This document shows, piece by piece, positions 1-12,034 of a stretch of DNA of 47,069 nucleotides (the stretch's first letter is position 1; every line of letters begins with the position of its first letter). Origin of the DNA: Octopus bimaculoides (taxonomy: Eukaryota); contig NC_068985.1 in assembly GCF_001194135.2 (NCBI RefSeq), positions 121,925,777-121,972,845 of the forward strand, written 5' to 3'. The notes under the pieces were generated by a model that made no database searches, was not told where the DNA came from, and saw nothing but the letters and a program-made list of their open reading frames with translations. The position numbers were made by a program, and so were the translations under genes.

Positions 1-325
1 TCCTGTTTGTTTACAGTCTTTATTGCACCTGAACATCTGCCACAAACAAAAACTAACTTGCTAGTTAACCTGCCTTTGATGTTGCTGCACCTCTTATGTG
101 TCCATAGCTTGCACCGGGTACATCTTATAGAGTTACTACCTACTCCTTTTCTACATACTGAGCAGGGCCATCTACCTGAAGGGGTTTGTGTTTTATCTAC
201 CTTCCTACTTATTAGGATTTTGGTTTTAGCTAGGTTGACTCTAAGGCCCTTCAATTCTAGACCTTGCTTCCACACCTGAAACTTCTCCTCTAGTTCTGAT
301 AGTGACTCCGCAATTAGGGCAAGGT
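1..325 (-). mobile_element. RTE-clade LINE ORF2 fragment (post-YADD region plus PHD-like C4HC3 finger); runs off the window edge
   Basis: Minus frame open for ~108 codons: DLALIAESLSELEEKFQVWKQGLELKGLRVNLAKTK...WPCSVCRKGVGSNSIRCTRCKLWTHKRCSNIKGRLTSKLVFVCGRC. VNLAKTK is the RT motif downstream of YADD. Confidence 0.85.
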
Positions 326-389
326 CCTGCATAAATAATATATCCTGTAGCTTAGATACAAAGACCAATGGAATCAGATTCTTTACTTT

Positions 390-835
<446 letters not shown>

Positions 836-1063
836 TAGCAGTTCTCAACAGGCTCCATATGGCTCTTGGGGGTCCATAAAAAATGTTGTTGTTAAAATTT
901 ATCTCCAATAAATTGGTTATTCTTCTATAATACTCAAAATATTTTGACAAGTTTTAATAATATTCAATTATAAAAATATAAGATTTTTTAAACATTGAAT
1001 GGCTATGAGGGGTCACCCAAGTAAAATAGGAATCATAGATAAGAAAATGGTTGAGAAACACTG
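836..1063. mobile_element. hAT-like MITE
   Basis: Ends TAGCAGTTCTCAAC / GGTTGAGAAACACTG resemble CAGTGGTTCTCAAC-type TIRs; interior shared in inverted orientation with 10369-10712. Confidence 0.55.
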
Positions 1064-1803
1064 ACCTACATGAAAACAAAAGAGAAAAAAAAAATTAAAG
1101 GAAGGGCAATTGGCCATAGAATACTGCCTCAAGAAGTCTTGCCCAACCCATATCAACATTGAGAAAGCAAACATAAAAAAACAATGAACAAAGATACATT
1201 AGTATACATTATAATTTTACTCTTTTACTTGTTGTGAACGTGTAATATATCTTATACTTGTTAATTCCTATGAATATGGATCTTTATTTACATACAGTGT
1301 GATCTCAGAGTTCATTCCAGCAGACATGCTCTTATATCACATTTGTGGTAAGACATGTAAGTCACGCAGTCTAAAAAGTCATTTAAATATCCACAAATAA
1401 CTTTGTATGGAAAAAAAATCGGCAATATGTTTTATTCGCCATAATTTTTTTTACACTTGAGTATATCGCTATAGTTTTCAATTTCCAGGTTGATGTTGTT
1501 TGTATTAAATTTCTCACATTATACATAAGTGAATGTGGTTTGCATGTATGCAAATATGAGAATTTGTGAATGTGTGTCTGCATGCACGTGCATGCACATA
1601 TATATGTATGTGGATATGTACGTACTTGTTTCAATTTCAACAGGAAATCAATGGAAGAGATATACTTGACCTTGCCCCTATCATTTCACTCGGCTTAAAA
1701 CTGCAGAAAATATATTCTATTAACACACCATTGCTATCATCTCCACATTTCAGCACTTACATCACCACCATCACCATCTCTCTCACAAATAAATACTACC
1801 ACC

Positions 1804-2200
1804 AGGCATGGCTGTGTGGAAAGAAGTTGCTTTCCAGCCACATAGCTCCTTGGACAAGTGTCTTTTATTGTAGCCCTAGGCTGACCAATGCCTCGTGAGT
1901 GAATTTGGTAGACAAAAGCTGAAAAAAATCCATCATGTGTGTGTGTGTGCATGCACATGCACGCATGCATGTGTATGTTTGTGTTTGCCCACCCCACTAC
2001 TTGATAACCAGTGTTGGTTTGTTTATGTCCCTCTAACTTAGTGATTCAGTAAAAGGAGCCCAATAGAGTAAGCACCAGGCTTCAAAAAACAAAAGTACTG
2101 GGATTGATTTGTTCGAGTATTTGGATTAAGTACTGAGGTTGATTTGTTCAAGGTTGTGCCCCAGCATGGCCACAGTCTAATGACTGGAACAAGTAAAAGA
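1804..2200 (+). mobile_element. SINE family A
   Basis: GGCATGGCTGTGTGG A-box-like head, CCTTGGACAAGTGTCTT core, internal (GT)n, tail CCCCAGCATGGCCACAGTCTAATGACTGGAACAAGTAAAAG. Confidence 0.75.
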
Positions 2201-2891
2201 AAACAGCACCAAAGTAATGAAATGACAGAATCATTAGAATGTTGGATAGAATGCCTTGTGGTATTTGTTCCAGTTCCCTGTGTTCTGAATTTATATCCCA
2301 CCACAGTCAAATTTGCCTTTCATGTTTTCAGGATCAATAAAAAGAAAAATCTTTCAATACAGGATGGTAGATTGTTTGTGGGTTGGATGAGATGCTTTGT
2401 GATACCAGGTTTTCAAAGAAACACCTGCAATGAAACTGGTGCCAAGTGATATTAGCCAAAGTTGGCTACCCTTCCCTTACATATAAACATTAGTGCTACA
2501 AGAGGGAAAATTCACATGCATAAGCAACTGATTTTCTTACAAAAAAAAATCTTACTCAGGCCTGTGTTCATATATAGATGCTTGATCAACATTGACTGAT
2601 GGTGATCCTATTACTACCACCACCATCACAAGAGCCAGGGAAGGGGTCTTGACACTCCTTCAACCTACCAGAAAAAAAGCAACCAAATCCTTCTTCAAAT
2701 TCCATCAAAGCAATTAAGATGATTCAAGTTGATCCTCATAAAAATGTGTGCAAAAAAGAAATTAGTAAATAAGCAAATATAAAACCTTAAATAAAATTTT
2801 ACTATTACATTTATTTTTTGACAAAACTTTTTTTTGTTTGCAAAATTATATAATTTACATATTTACTCTTATTTTTATTTTTGTTTACCAG

Positions 2892-3014
2892 AATGTTATT
2901 AATACTTTCACAAAGACTGCCAGTCATGATCGCTGTACGTTCATTGGTAATGTCACAGTTGGGAGAGATGTCACCATCAAGCAATTGAGGGAATCCTATA
3001 CTGCTGTTGTTTTG
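2892..3014 (+). CDS. FDXR: NADPH:adrenodoxin oxidoreductase, first exon visible in window (123 nt)
   Basis: cag|AATGTT...GTTTTG|gtaagg; [41 protein letters not shown], matching adrenodoxin reductase NVINTFT...GNVxVGRDV...AVVL. Confidence 0.96.
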
Positions 3015-3603
3015 GTAAGGCATCCACTAAAGTAATGTACACTCACACACACTCTCTATCTCTCTCACTCTCATCAAAGATAATGTCCTTTTCATATGTT
3101 CAGTATTTCTTGAGTATTCTACCACTTCTACAATAACTTCTACTCTTCTGGAACTACCATCTGTGTCAGCTTGCACCTATATGTACCTGACACAGTTACT
3201 TATCTTTTCCTCATTGCTTCTATTTGTCTTCATTCAGATTCCATACAACATACTTCCTCTAATCTTTCCCAAAACTGTCTACTTCTCCCATTGTTTTCAA
3301 GCTGAAAATCAGCTGTCTTAGGTCCCCAAATCCAAGAGGTCCTGAGATGGGGACTCCTTCCACACCACCTCAGGTTGATTACTAGCTCTGTGATTGTGTT
3401 TGCCTCTTCACCACTTGACAATTGGTGCTTGTTTGTTTACACCCCATGACTTAGCAGTTCAGCAAAAGACGCAGATAGAATAAGGACCAGCACACATTTC
3501 CCTCACTATCCTCTGGAGCAACACTTCCATTCTGTCTGCTAATGCCATAAGAAATGTTTCCATATTGCAAGAGGCAAGATTCTCAATTAATAGAAGCTTC
3601 ATG

Positions 3604-3964
3604 TATAGGAAAGTTGGTTATACATCATTAGATGTATACCTGACTTTCCTATATAAAATTAGAAATTAACGGAACGCTGAACTCCAGACTATCAACATAA
3701 CAATATTTATTTAAAGGTGAAATATATACATCTTTAGCTCTTGTTTGTTGAGACGTCTTCTGTGTGTGTGAGCATGGTTGTTGGGACGTTGGTATGTAGA
3801 TGTGAGACGAGCTGTCTAGCGTAAGTTCGGAAGATGGAGAGAGACAGCTAAACACGTCCTTGCTCAATCGCTGGCCAGCAAGAAAGAGACAGAATGAAGC
3901 GGGAAAGCTTGGTTGTTGAATTCCACGCATGCGTGAGACTATGCATGCGCACGGCGTTACTACA
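3604..3964 (-). mobile_element. Solo LTR (Ty3/Gypsy-like), copy 1
   Basis: Minus strand begins TGTAGTAACG and ends CTTTCCTATA (CA to TA); 4-bp TSD CATG at 3600-3603 and 3965-3968; homologous to 15323-15683 and 31846-32238. Confidence 0.75.
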
Positions 3965-4918
3965 CATGTAACTAAACTAAGTCCTTTTTGTTTCTTAAAC
4001 TCTGATGCATCTATGTTTTTATAACTGTAAAGCGTTCAGTTTTAAATCAAAATTTGGAAGAAATAGATCTTTTAAAACCCTTTCCAATATGTTTATTATT
4101 AATTTCAAGAGAACATCCTGATGATTTATGCAACAATGTAGAGGTTCCAAGATTGGCTCTTTTCTTCTGGAATATGTACAAATGTCATAATACACCATAA
4201 AGTTAACACATAAGTACCAAACTTAAAAATGAGCACTGGGATTGATTTATTCGACTAAACCCTTAGAGGTGGTACCCCAGCATGGCCATAGTCCTATAAT
4301 TGAAACAAAGAAAAGATAGAAGAAAAAAGATGTGTGCATGTTTGGTGATACAAACAGGAGAAATGGAACTCAAATAACATATATATTTATTTATGTTATT
4401 GTAATATGTATTGTAATGTTATTGTAAGTGACTCAAGTGCCTAGAGTATCGTTTATGGCAATCGTCATACATATGATAGACTTCTACACAACTTCTATGC
4501 ACCAAATTCCGGTCGCAAGATTTTGGTCAGTTTGGGACTACAGTATGAGTCACATGTGCAAACTGTTAACTTCTCAACTACACAGCTGTGTTGGAATACA
4601 CTTCAATGGTTTTGTTTTGGGGAAATTTCTTTTTTAACAACTACATGCCTAACTTAACACTTACCACTAAACCATAAAATAGCAACTCAATCTGCTATCA
4701 GTCTACTAAAATGTAAATAGAATAAATAAGCATTTCCTCAATATCAGTCTGTCTCCTGCTTAGGTTAGCATTTTTAAACTCATTGATGAGAGAACTGAAT
4801 AAACAATAAATCATTACTTTATTTTTTTTTATATATATATATCTTATATTTTTAGATATTCATATATTTTATATTTAGTTGTTTATTACGTTTTTGGACA
4901 TTTTTTTTCTATTTCCAG

Positions 4919-4963
4919 GCTTATGGAGCAGATTCTGAACGGAAACTAAATGTTCCAGGGGAG
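4919..4963 (+). CDS. FDXR: FDXR exon (45 nt)
   Basis: tttccag|GCTTAT...GGGGAG|gtaatc; AYGADSERKLNVPGE. Confidence 0.93.
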
Positions 4964-5347
4964 GTAATCTAGTTTTTCTCTGTTATACGATAATTTGTTT
5001 TACTATTTATATTTTACAACCGAATCAGTTATAAATAATTTATAGATAGAATTTTGAAATTATTAATTCTATAAATGATTTTGATTGATTAATTTCTTAG
5101 TTAAGAGGTATTGTGTTGAGGAAGTTAATGCGAAAATGTATATGAACTTATAAAATTGTTTCCGTTAAAAACCCAAAACAAAAAAACAAACGAGAACCAC
5201 ATGTAAAGTAAGCAGATATATTTATTTCGTAAGATAACGAACCTTCCAAGAGTACTCTTGTTTATTTACTTTACTCTCATTCTAAAATGAATAAAATAAC
5301 TGGTTAAAAGCTATTTCAGCATACAGTACGAATACATGTATGTATTT

Positions 5348-5536
5348 CATCATCATCATTTAACTTCTGTTTTCCACGCTATGGGTCGGATAGTTTGACA
5401 GGATCCGTTGAGTCACAGAGCTGCATCATACTCTATATCAGCTTTGGCATGGTTTCTATGGCTGGATGCCCTTCTTAATGTTAACCAATTCACAGTGGTT
5501 ACTGGATGCTTTTTTCATGTCACTAACATCAGTGTA
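5348..5536 (-). mobile_element. Short copy of the RTE 3' UTR / (GAT)n tail
   Basis: Reverse complement of the AGGAAGGGCATCCAGC...AACGATGATGATG tail at 6852-7001 and 24300-24455; interrupted by the hammerhead SINE. Confidence 0.65.
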
Positions 5537-5809
5537 CAGTTCTATATTTAAGAGATGAGGAATTATTTACATTTGACGGATATTTGTCCTCATCTTGTTT
5601 GTTGTTAACACAACGTTTCGGCTGATATACCCTCCAGCCTTCGTCAGGTGTCTTGGGGAAATTTCGAACCTGGGTTCTCATTCCTAACGATGTTACTATT
5701 ATTATATTATTATTATTACTATTATTAATCAGGTCGCTGCCGTGAATCGAACTCGGAACCTTGGGGTTAGTAGCCCGCGCTCTTAACCACTACGCCATAT
5801 GCCCGTGGG
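5537..5809 (-). mobile_element. tRNA-headed SINE-like element with a hammerhead ribozyme 3' half
   Basis: Minus strand: A box TGGCGTAGTGG, B box GAGTTCGATTC, (TAA)-rich spacer, hammerhead core, no poly(A); flanked by CATCAGTGTA (5527-5536) and CATTAGTGTA (5810-5819). Confidence 0.8.
5607..5652 (-). ncRNA. Minimal type I hammerhead ribozyme motif
   Basis: GACAC-CUGACGA-A-GGCUG-(GAGGGUAUAU)-CAGCC-GAA-ACGU-U-GUGUU: full core, 5-bp stem II, 5-bp stem I (one G-U), loopless palindromic stem III ACGU; predicted cut between 5612 and 5611. Confidence 0.75.
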
Positions 5810-6354
5810 CATTAGTGTAGTTGCCAAGTAATTTGCAAAACAGGAAAGAACAAGAAGATGGAAATGGGGTGGGGAGGAAGAAGCCCACTTGATCAAGTGG
5901 TGGGGTTGGAAGTATTTAAGCAGGTGGAAAGGTTATTTTATGCCAGGATCAAGCAGGGGCAAGCAGGTGTCTTACAAAAGAGATAATACATAACTACCCT
6001 GTATTTATATAAGGGTAGATGGGAGTATCTTGGAAAAGGTATGATGGTAGTGATAGGTTGCCAGAGCAAAACCTTCAAGAAGCAAGAGATTATATATCTA
6101 TGTATGCAAAAACGTGTTTTATAGGAAGAAATTTTCTCCCCTTCCAAACATCTGAAATGAAATTTTCCTTAAAAGATTTAGAAAATATCCATTAAGTTTC
6201 CTCTCTCTTTTTTCAGTAAATCTGTAAAGAATAGCAAATGTATTTGTTTATGTATGCCACATAATAAGAAAATGTTCTTTTGGTTATCATTGCCGTCTCT
6301 CTTTACTTGACATAATGCTGCTTTCTGTCCCTTCTTTTACACTTTTTCTCACAA

Positions 6355-6400
6355 GTCGTAGTGCACCTGAGTACTGTATACAATAAGATCATCATCATCG
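6355..6400 (+). mobile_element. 3' terminal fragment of the CR1-like LINE
   Basis: ACAAGTCGTAGTGCACCTGAGTACTGTATACAATA nearly identical to the 3' end of the LINE at ~18155-18190. Confidence 0.6.
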
Positions 6401-6423
6401 TTATGTTAAATAATGATGAGCGT

Positions 6424-6680
6424 TATTATTATTATTATTATTTTGGTTTAGTTCAGGTTTGGTCTTATTCCTGGTAGGATTTATGTGGGTAATGGGTTAC
6501 TACCTGTAACCTTAGGTATCCACAAGTTTTCAACTGTCTTTCAAGTGCTTAGAACCCTCCTGATAATCCTTGTCCTCTGTAGGAGCTATACCAGGCATTC
6601 TATTCCAATCTCCTTCAGCCATTTGTCTGTATCTTTGCTTACTGTTCACAATACACCACTTATTATAGCTGTGACCTTTA
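6424..6680 (-). mobile_element. R4/Dong-like LINE 3' end with (TAA)n tail
   Basis: Minus frame KVTAIISGVL*TVSKDTDKWLKEIGIECLV*LLQRTRIIRRVLST* resembles R4-clade C-termini; followed by a short UTR and (AAT)n. Confidence 0.55.
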
Positions 6681-6851
6681 TTGTTCTAATGCTCCAAATT
6701 CTTCCTATTTCAAATTTCAATGGATTGTATTTTTTTCTTTTTTGTCCTCTTTCTCTACAATCCTGGACATGATGGGTTGATCAGTAAGCAACTTTGCTTT
6801 TCTTTATCTATAATTGTTGTGTCTGGTCTATTATTTTCTAACTTCTTGCCT

Positions 6852-7001
6852 GTTGGCATTAGGAAGGGCATCCAGCTGTAGAAACTGCCAAATCAGATTG
6901 GAGCCTGGTGTAGCCATCTGGTTTCACCAGTCTTCAGTCAAATCGTCCAACCCATGCTAGCATGGAAAGCGGACGTTAAACGACGATGATGATGATGATG
7001 A
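6852..7001 (+). mobile_element. Short copy of the RTE 3' UTR / (GAT)n tail
   Basis: GTTGGCATTAGGAAGGGCATCCAGCTGTAGAAAC...CATGGAAAGCGGACGTTAAACGACGATGATGATG. Confidence 0.75.
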
Positions 7002-7439
7002 TTATATATGTTTGGCTTTTGCTTTGTATTTGTACAAGTTGACTCCAGTCTCACCCAGAGACCTCAAGAGATAACGAGTTAGAAGTTCAAGTTGGTGTTA
7101 TGACTAGGGTGCCATATTTTTGATTTTGCACATGTTGTTCTAGAGAATGTATGTCAAAACAAGAAAATTAGAAGTTCGTTTTAAAAGTAATTTGATTATT
7201 AGATGATAGTGTGGTCTTAAGATGACAGTAAGAGGTGTTTGTTATTATGTACATTTAAAAGTACTTTTGACAATATTTACAAATTAAAATGTTTTAGGGA
7301 CTAGATAGACAATAAATATCGTTTGTAGGATATGAGCAATACCCATGTGCACTATTTTAAAAAATTTCTTCCATTTTTGGATTTTCTGGTATCTGAGATA
7401 GGTAGCAATCAGCCCCTTTTGCTATCATTCCTAGGGTAA

Positions 7440-7685
7440 CTATGTCAACAGGCATGGCTTTAGTCTTGAGGTTCCACATTTTGCTAGTTCTATTTCAAGG
7501 TCTTTATATTTGATCAGTTTTTGGTAGGTCTTCACAGATGCATTTATGTCAACTGGAACAGTTGTATCAATGAAAAAGCATGATTTTTGTCTGAAATCCT
7601 TCAATGTCTGACCTATTTCCATCTATCTTTCTAAGCACTGGAGGTAGTTTGTGTTCCCACCAGTTTTTATCATGAGGCAGGTCCA
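7440..7685 (-). mobile_element. R4/Dong-like LINE restriction-like endonuclease fragment
   Basis: Frameshifted DLPHDKNWWEHKLPPVL...NRSDI...KSCFFIDTTVPVDINASVKTYQKLIKYKDLEIELAK (PD..D..P.D..K..KY RLE pattern); abuts (TAA)n at ~7686-7700. Confidence 0.65.
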
Positions 7686-8641
7686 TTATTATTATTATTA
7701 TTTGGGTTGTGCTATTTAATTTAAGGCAGTGCACTGGCAGAGTTGTTACCAAGATGGACAAAATGCTTAGCGGCATTTCTTTTGACTTTATGTTCTGTAT
7801 TCAAATGCTGCAAGGGTCAATTGAGGAAATAAGTACCCATTGCGCAATAGGGTCTATGTAATCAACCAGCTCCCTCTCCCCAAATTTCAGGCCTTGTGTC
7901 TATTTTAGAAAGGATCATTGTCATCATCACCATCATCATTATTGTTCAATATTTGATTGTTTCAGGCAAATTTCTACTGCAGCACCTGCTATATCTCTGT
8001 GTTGCTGACTTGTGTGGTCTTGTTTTTCTTGGTGTTGGAGGAGTACAGACTCTACCTGTTATTGTACTGCAATCTGTTATGGAGTTTGACGTGTATCTTT
8101 TGTTGTGTTAGTGTTTATATTGTGTGTTGTGTGTGTAATGTGAGTCGTGTTCTTCTTTTGAGTGGTCAGGTGAAACACTGGAGTTGATGTAAACAACTAG
8201 TCTCCTACTAACTGATAAGTTACAGGGATGTAAACAAACCAGGACCAGTTGCCAAATGGTGGTAGGAGACAAACACAAAGACATCTATGATGGTGTTTGG
8301 TTTTATGCAGCCTAGCAATGCATGCAGGCCTGGAAAACCCTCACCATCAAGTCCCCAACTATTACCACCAATCCCTGTCCACATTACTAGAGAACCTTCT
8401 AGGCACAGAAAAACTTCCAGAAACTGTTGCCAACACACCCACAAAGCCCAATCACTACTCTAACCCTAACCCCAATGCTAAACCCAGGATGACTAGGAGG
8501 TACTCATCTCTCCAACAGACAAACATAATCTGTCTAAATATACAGTACCATGTTGTTGCATATATTTTCCGTTTATTTTATATTTAAATCAAAAGTCTTT
8601 TGTGCAAATAATGTTTAATAAAGTTTTTTTTACCAATGTAG

Positions 8642-8710
8642 AAACTGCCAAATGTATTCTCAGCTCGACGTTTTGTTGGCTGGTATAATGGTTTGCCTGA
8701 AAACAAAGAT
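8642..8710 (+). CDS. FDXR: FDXR exon (69 nt)
   Basis: aatgtag|AAACTG...AAAGAT|gtaagt; KLPNVFSARRFVGWYNGLPENKD. Confidence 0.96.
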
Positions 8711-8815
8711 GTAAGTACAATATACATACTTAGATTTTTATTTATCAACCTTTATGTTTTAGTTAAGATAGAAAACAAATTCATAACAGTTGTTTTGTGT
8801 GTACGCATCTATGTG

Positions 8816-8887
<72 letters not shown>

Positions 8888-9421
8888 CATGCACATTTAT
8901 GTTGTTGTTTAACTCCAGATAAACATTGAGTTATCGGACCTGTAATCAAAGGCATTCCAGCATAAGGTGTATGATTAAGAAGCTCACAGTGCAATCACCT
9001 GATTCTAGGTTTGACCCCACTGCATAACATATTCAGCCAATGTCTTTCACTGTTGGCATGGGTGAGCTAATTCTTTGTGAGTGGTATTTTATTGATTGGG
9101 ATGGTACGGAAGCTTGTTGTGTGTATTACTAGTAACCCTTTATGGGTTTCACAGTTTAAAAAAAAAAGTTTCATTTTTTTGTATATCTAGAACTAACGTA
9201 GTTTAATGTGTTCTTCCTGTTTTAAGGCAGTTGTGTTTGAGGAAAGGGAAGTTAACTGTTATCTATAAAAGGTCAAAGTAATCATGCTGAGGTTTCCCCA
9301 TTTGGTTTGTGTGCAATTTTATGTCTTTCCTTCTATGTCTATGTGAAAGATTAGATATTTGTGTGTCACCCATGTACCATTCATATGTAACAACAGTTCT
9401 AAGTTCTGTTATTATTTGCAG

Positions 9422-9523
9422 TTACCAGTTGACCTTAATGTCGAAAGTGTTGCAATCATAGGACATGGCAATGTCGCTTTAGATATTGCAAGGATTCTGT
9501 TGACCCCAATAGATCTGTTGAAA
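9422..9523 (+). CDS. FDXR: FDXR exon (102 nt), NADP-binding GxGxxA motif
   Basis: tttgcag|TTACCA...TTGAAA|gtaagt; LPVDLNVESVAIIGHGNVALDIARILLTPIDLLK. Confidence 0.97.
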
Positions 9524-9733
9524 GTAAGTGTTTTATGCTGCTTTTTTTATCATTTAGTAGTAAGAAAAGGTAGTATCTATGGCCCGGAGACTCGTGAGAA
9601 AGAGGGGAGAAAGTATTTTCACATCCTTTCTTTCTTTTTTTTTTTCTAAAGGGAGATTTTGCTACTTTTTTGAGCAAATCAGGTGATCATATAGAGAATA
9701 GGCAGTTACATTTCACCTTTTTTGCCCCTTTAA

Positions 9734-9952
9734 CTGTTTAACATTTAAACCGGCCATATCCAACCAAAATATTCTACCTGTTTTATGTTCAAACCAGCCA
9801 GATGTGACATCTCACACTTACCTTACAATGTCATGCTAAAAATAAGCTATCACATCATTGAAATATCAAAGCTGTGAGATAATGCATATTAAATCAAAAT
9901 GATGTAAACAACTAAGCATTATATTTGACAGGATAATCTGAATATTAAAGAG
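9734..9952. mobile_element. piggyBac-like MITE
   Basis: TTAA at 9730-9733 and 9953-9956, degenerate CCCTTTAGCATT/AATGCTAAAGGG-type ends; one end recurs at 21499-21590. Confidence 0.6.
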
Positions 9953-10368
9953 TTAAAGACATCTACAGCTCACCTGTTTACAGCTTCATTCTTGTTTCTA
10001 GGCAACCGATTTTTTTCTTTTTCTTTTTCCTCCCCACCACTTTTTTTTTATGCATCAGGAGAAATAGGTTTTAAAAAATTTAAACTGAGAAGAAAGGAGT
10101 AGAGTTGATAAGTTTTTCAGGCCTCCATAGACTGAAGGATAGAGTTAATTGATAAAGTTAATTCAGTTAATGTTCAGTTTGAATATTTTTGAAGGTCAGT
10201 GGTTAAGAGTAAAATAAAAATAGGATGGAAATTCCTGGGGAATTTGGTTCTGTAGGAGAAAGCTTGACCAAAGTGCCTTGTGTAGGACACCTAGAAGATG
10301 ATACATAGTAAAGGTGACCAAAGTATAAAAAGCAGTTACTGGGGCACTGAGATAAAGAAGGCATAATA

Positions 10369-10712
10369 CAGGGGTCCTGAACTATTTTTATATGTATGAG
10401 CCCCTTTGATTACAATTTTATTTTGGTGGACCTCCCATAACCATTCAATGTTTAAAAACTAGTTTTATAGAAACTTCTTTCAAAATTCCGATTTTGTTTT
10501 TTACACAAAATTCCTATTTTGTTTAAACTTGTGTAGGTTGAACTATGTAAAATGTTAGAGAAAGAAACCTAATACATGCATCTAAAGCAAAATTTTTTCA
10601 GGGGCCCTTAAAATACTATTGTGGATCTCCAATTTACTATTTTGCTGCATGCACCTTGCAAAATTTTATATTGGTCATCAGGAGTCATATGGACCTCAGT
10701 TGAGAACAACTG
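10369..10712. mobile_element. hAT-like MITE
   Basis: CAGGGGTCCTGAAC ... GTTGAGAACAACTG ends; shares CCATTCAATGTTTAAAAA block (inverted) with 836-1063. Confidence 0.55.
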
Positions 10713-11175
10713 GTCTACAAGTTGAAATATTGTAGAGGTGACAAAGGTACAGGAGGTTAATGAGATCCATAAGTAGAAGTGGTATACAGTTTGGATGGAA
10801 TTGGTTTGCAGTCTGCAAGCTCAAAGAAGCAAAGACCATTATTGTAACAATAAAATAGACATTTAGAGGAAAAGTCACAGTTTGACATGTTATTGATTGC
10901 TGTTGCTAAATGAAAGTTTTTCTGTCAGGTAATAAACCATTTTTTATAGATGTAGAAGAGAATGAAACACCAGAAAGATGTTGCTGGTGTCTTATTTAAG
11001 TTAAGGAAGTCATCTGTCATCTATTTAATACAGCTGAGCAGGGGTTTCTTTCCAAGGGGCAATCCTAGTCAAGAATTTTTTGAAGAAGATCAATGATTGC
11101 CTATGTATGTAAGTCTACTTTTTCTCCATGTCACTGGTGATGTCCAAGTAAAAAGCAAGACCAATATGGTTTTAG

Positions 11176-11345
11176 GTGTGGGTGTGGCTGTGTGGTAAGA
11201 AGTTTGCTTCCCAGCCACATCGTTCCAGGTTCAGTCCCATTGGTCATGTATCTTCCACTATTGCACTGAGTTGACCAAAGTCTTGCAAGTGGATTTAGTA
11301 GGTAGAAACTGAAAGAAGCCCATTGTGTGTATATATATAGTGTTG
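11176..11345 (+). mobile_element. SINE family A, 5' half
   Basis: GTGGCTGTGTGGTAAGAAG A-box-like head, GGTTCAGTCCC B-box-like, AGAAACTGAAAGAAGCCC then microsatellite. Confidence 0.7.
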
Positions 11346-11527
11346 GGTATGTTCCTGGTAGTATGCTGATTAAAGTAAATTCACTGCCTGTGAATCCATG
11401 GTAATTACACAATCATCAATGGATCAACCTCAGGAATTCCTTAGTGTATTTTGAGTATAAAACAAATGAGAGAGATGGAAAATGGAATACATGGGAAACT
11501 TTATTGCTCACAACGATCATTTTGACA

Positions 11528-11694
11528 CATCCTGCATCCAATCCCTTGTGAGTGAGAAACTATACAACTAGTTGTAGTGCATCCCTCTGTGAAGGATCAT
11601 CTCATCAGATAATGTAATAAGAGATGCTTCTGCACTGAGGGATGCACCACAACTAGTTGTATATTTCTCACTCGCGAGGGATCAATGCAAGATG
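11528..11694. repeat. ~167-bp fold-back (palindromic MITE-like) element
   Basis: Arms ATCCCTTGTGAGTGAGAAACTATACAACTAGTTGTAGTGCATCCCTC / GAGGGATGCACCACAACTAGTTGTATATTTCTCACTCGCGAGGGAT. Confidence 0.8.
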
Positions 11695-11762
11695 CATTGA
11701 AGCAGTCATTGTGAGCAATAAAATTTCTCGTTTATTCCATTTTCTGTCTCTATCATTTGTTT

Positions 11763-11800
<38 letters not shown>

Positions 11801-12034
11801 NNNNNNNNNNNNNNNNNNNNNNNNNNNNNNNNNNNNNNNNNNNNNNNNNNNNNNNNNNNNNNNNNNNNNNNNNNNNNNNNNNNNNNNNNNNNNNNNNNNN
11901 NNNNNNNNNNNNNNNNNNNNNNNNNNNNNNNNNNNNNNNNNNNNNNNNNNNNNNNNNNNNNNNNNNNNNNNNNNNNNNNNNNNNNNNNNNNNNNNNNNNN
12001 NNNNNNNNNNNNNNNNNNNNNNNNNNNNNNNNNN
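11801..12034. other. Assembly gap
   Basis: N run flanked by (TA)n. Confidence 1.

Noticed and set aside
2144-2449. 101-aa ORF just upstream of the first FDXR exon
   Set aside because: Begins in a SINE tail and lacks the expected GxGxxG / GVAPDHPEVK sequence; the true upstream exons are outside the window.
5730-5809. tRNA gene candidates here and at 28231, 34745, 39699
   Set aside because: A and B boxes are present but no complete cloverleaf or acceptor stem; they continue into SINE bodies.
8458-8490. Telomere-like CTAACCCTAACCCC
   Set aside because: Only about two units, inside a decayed repeat.
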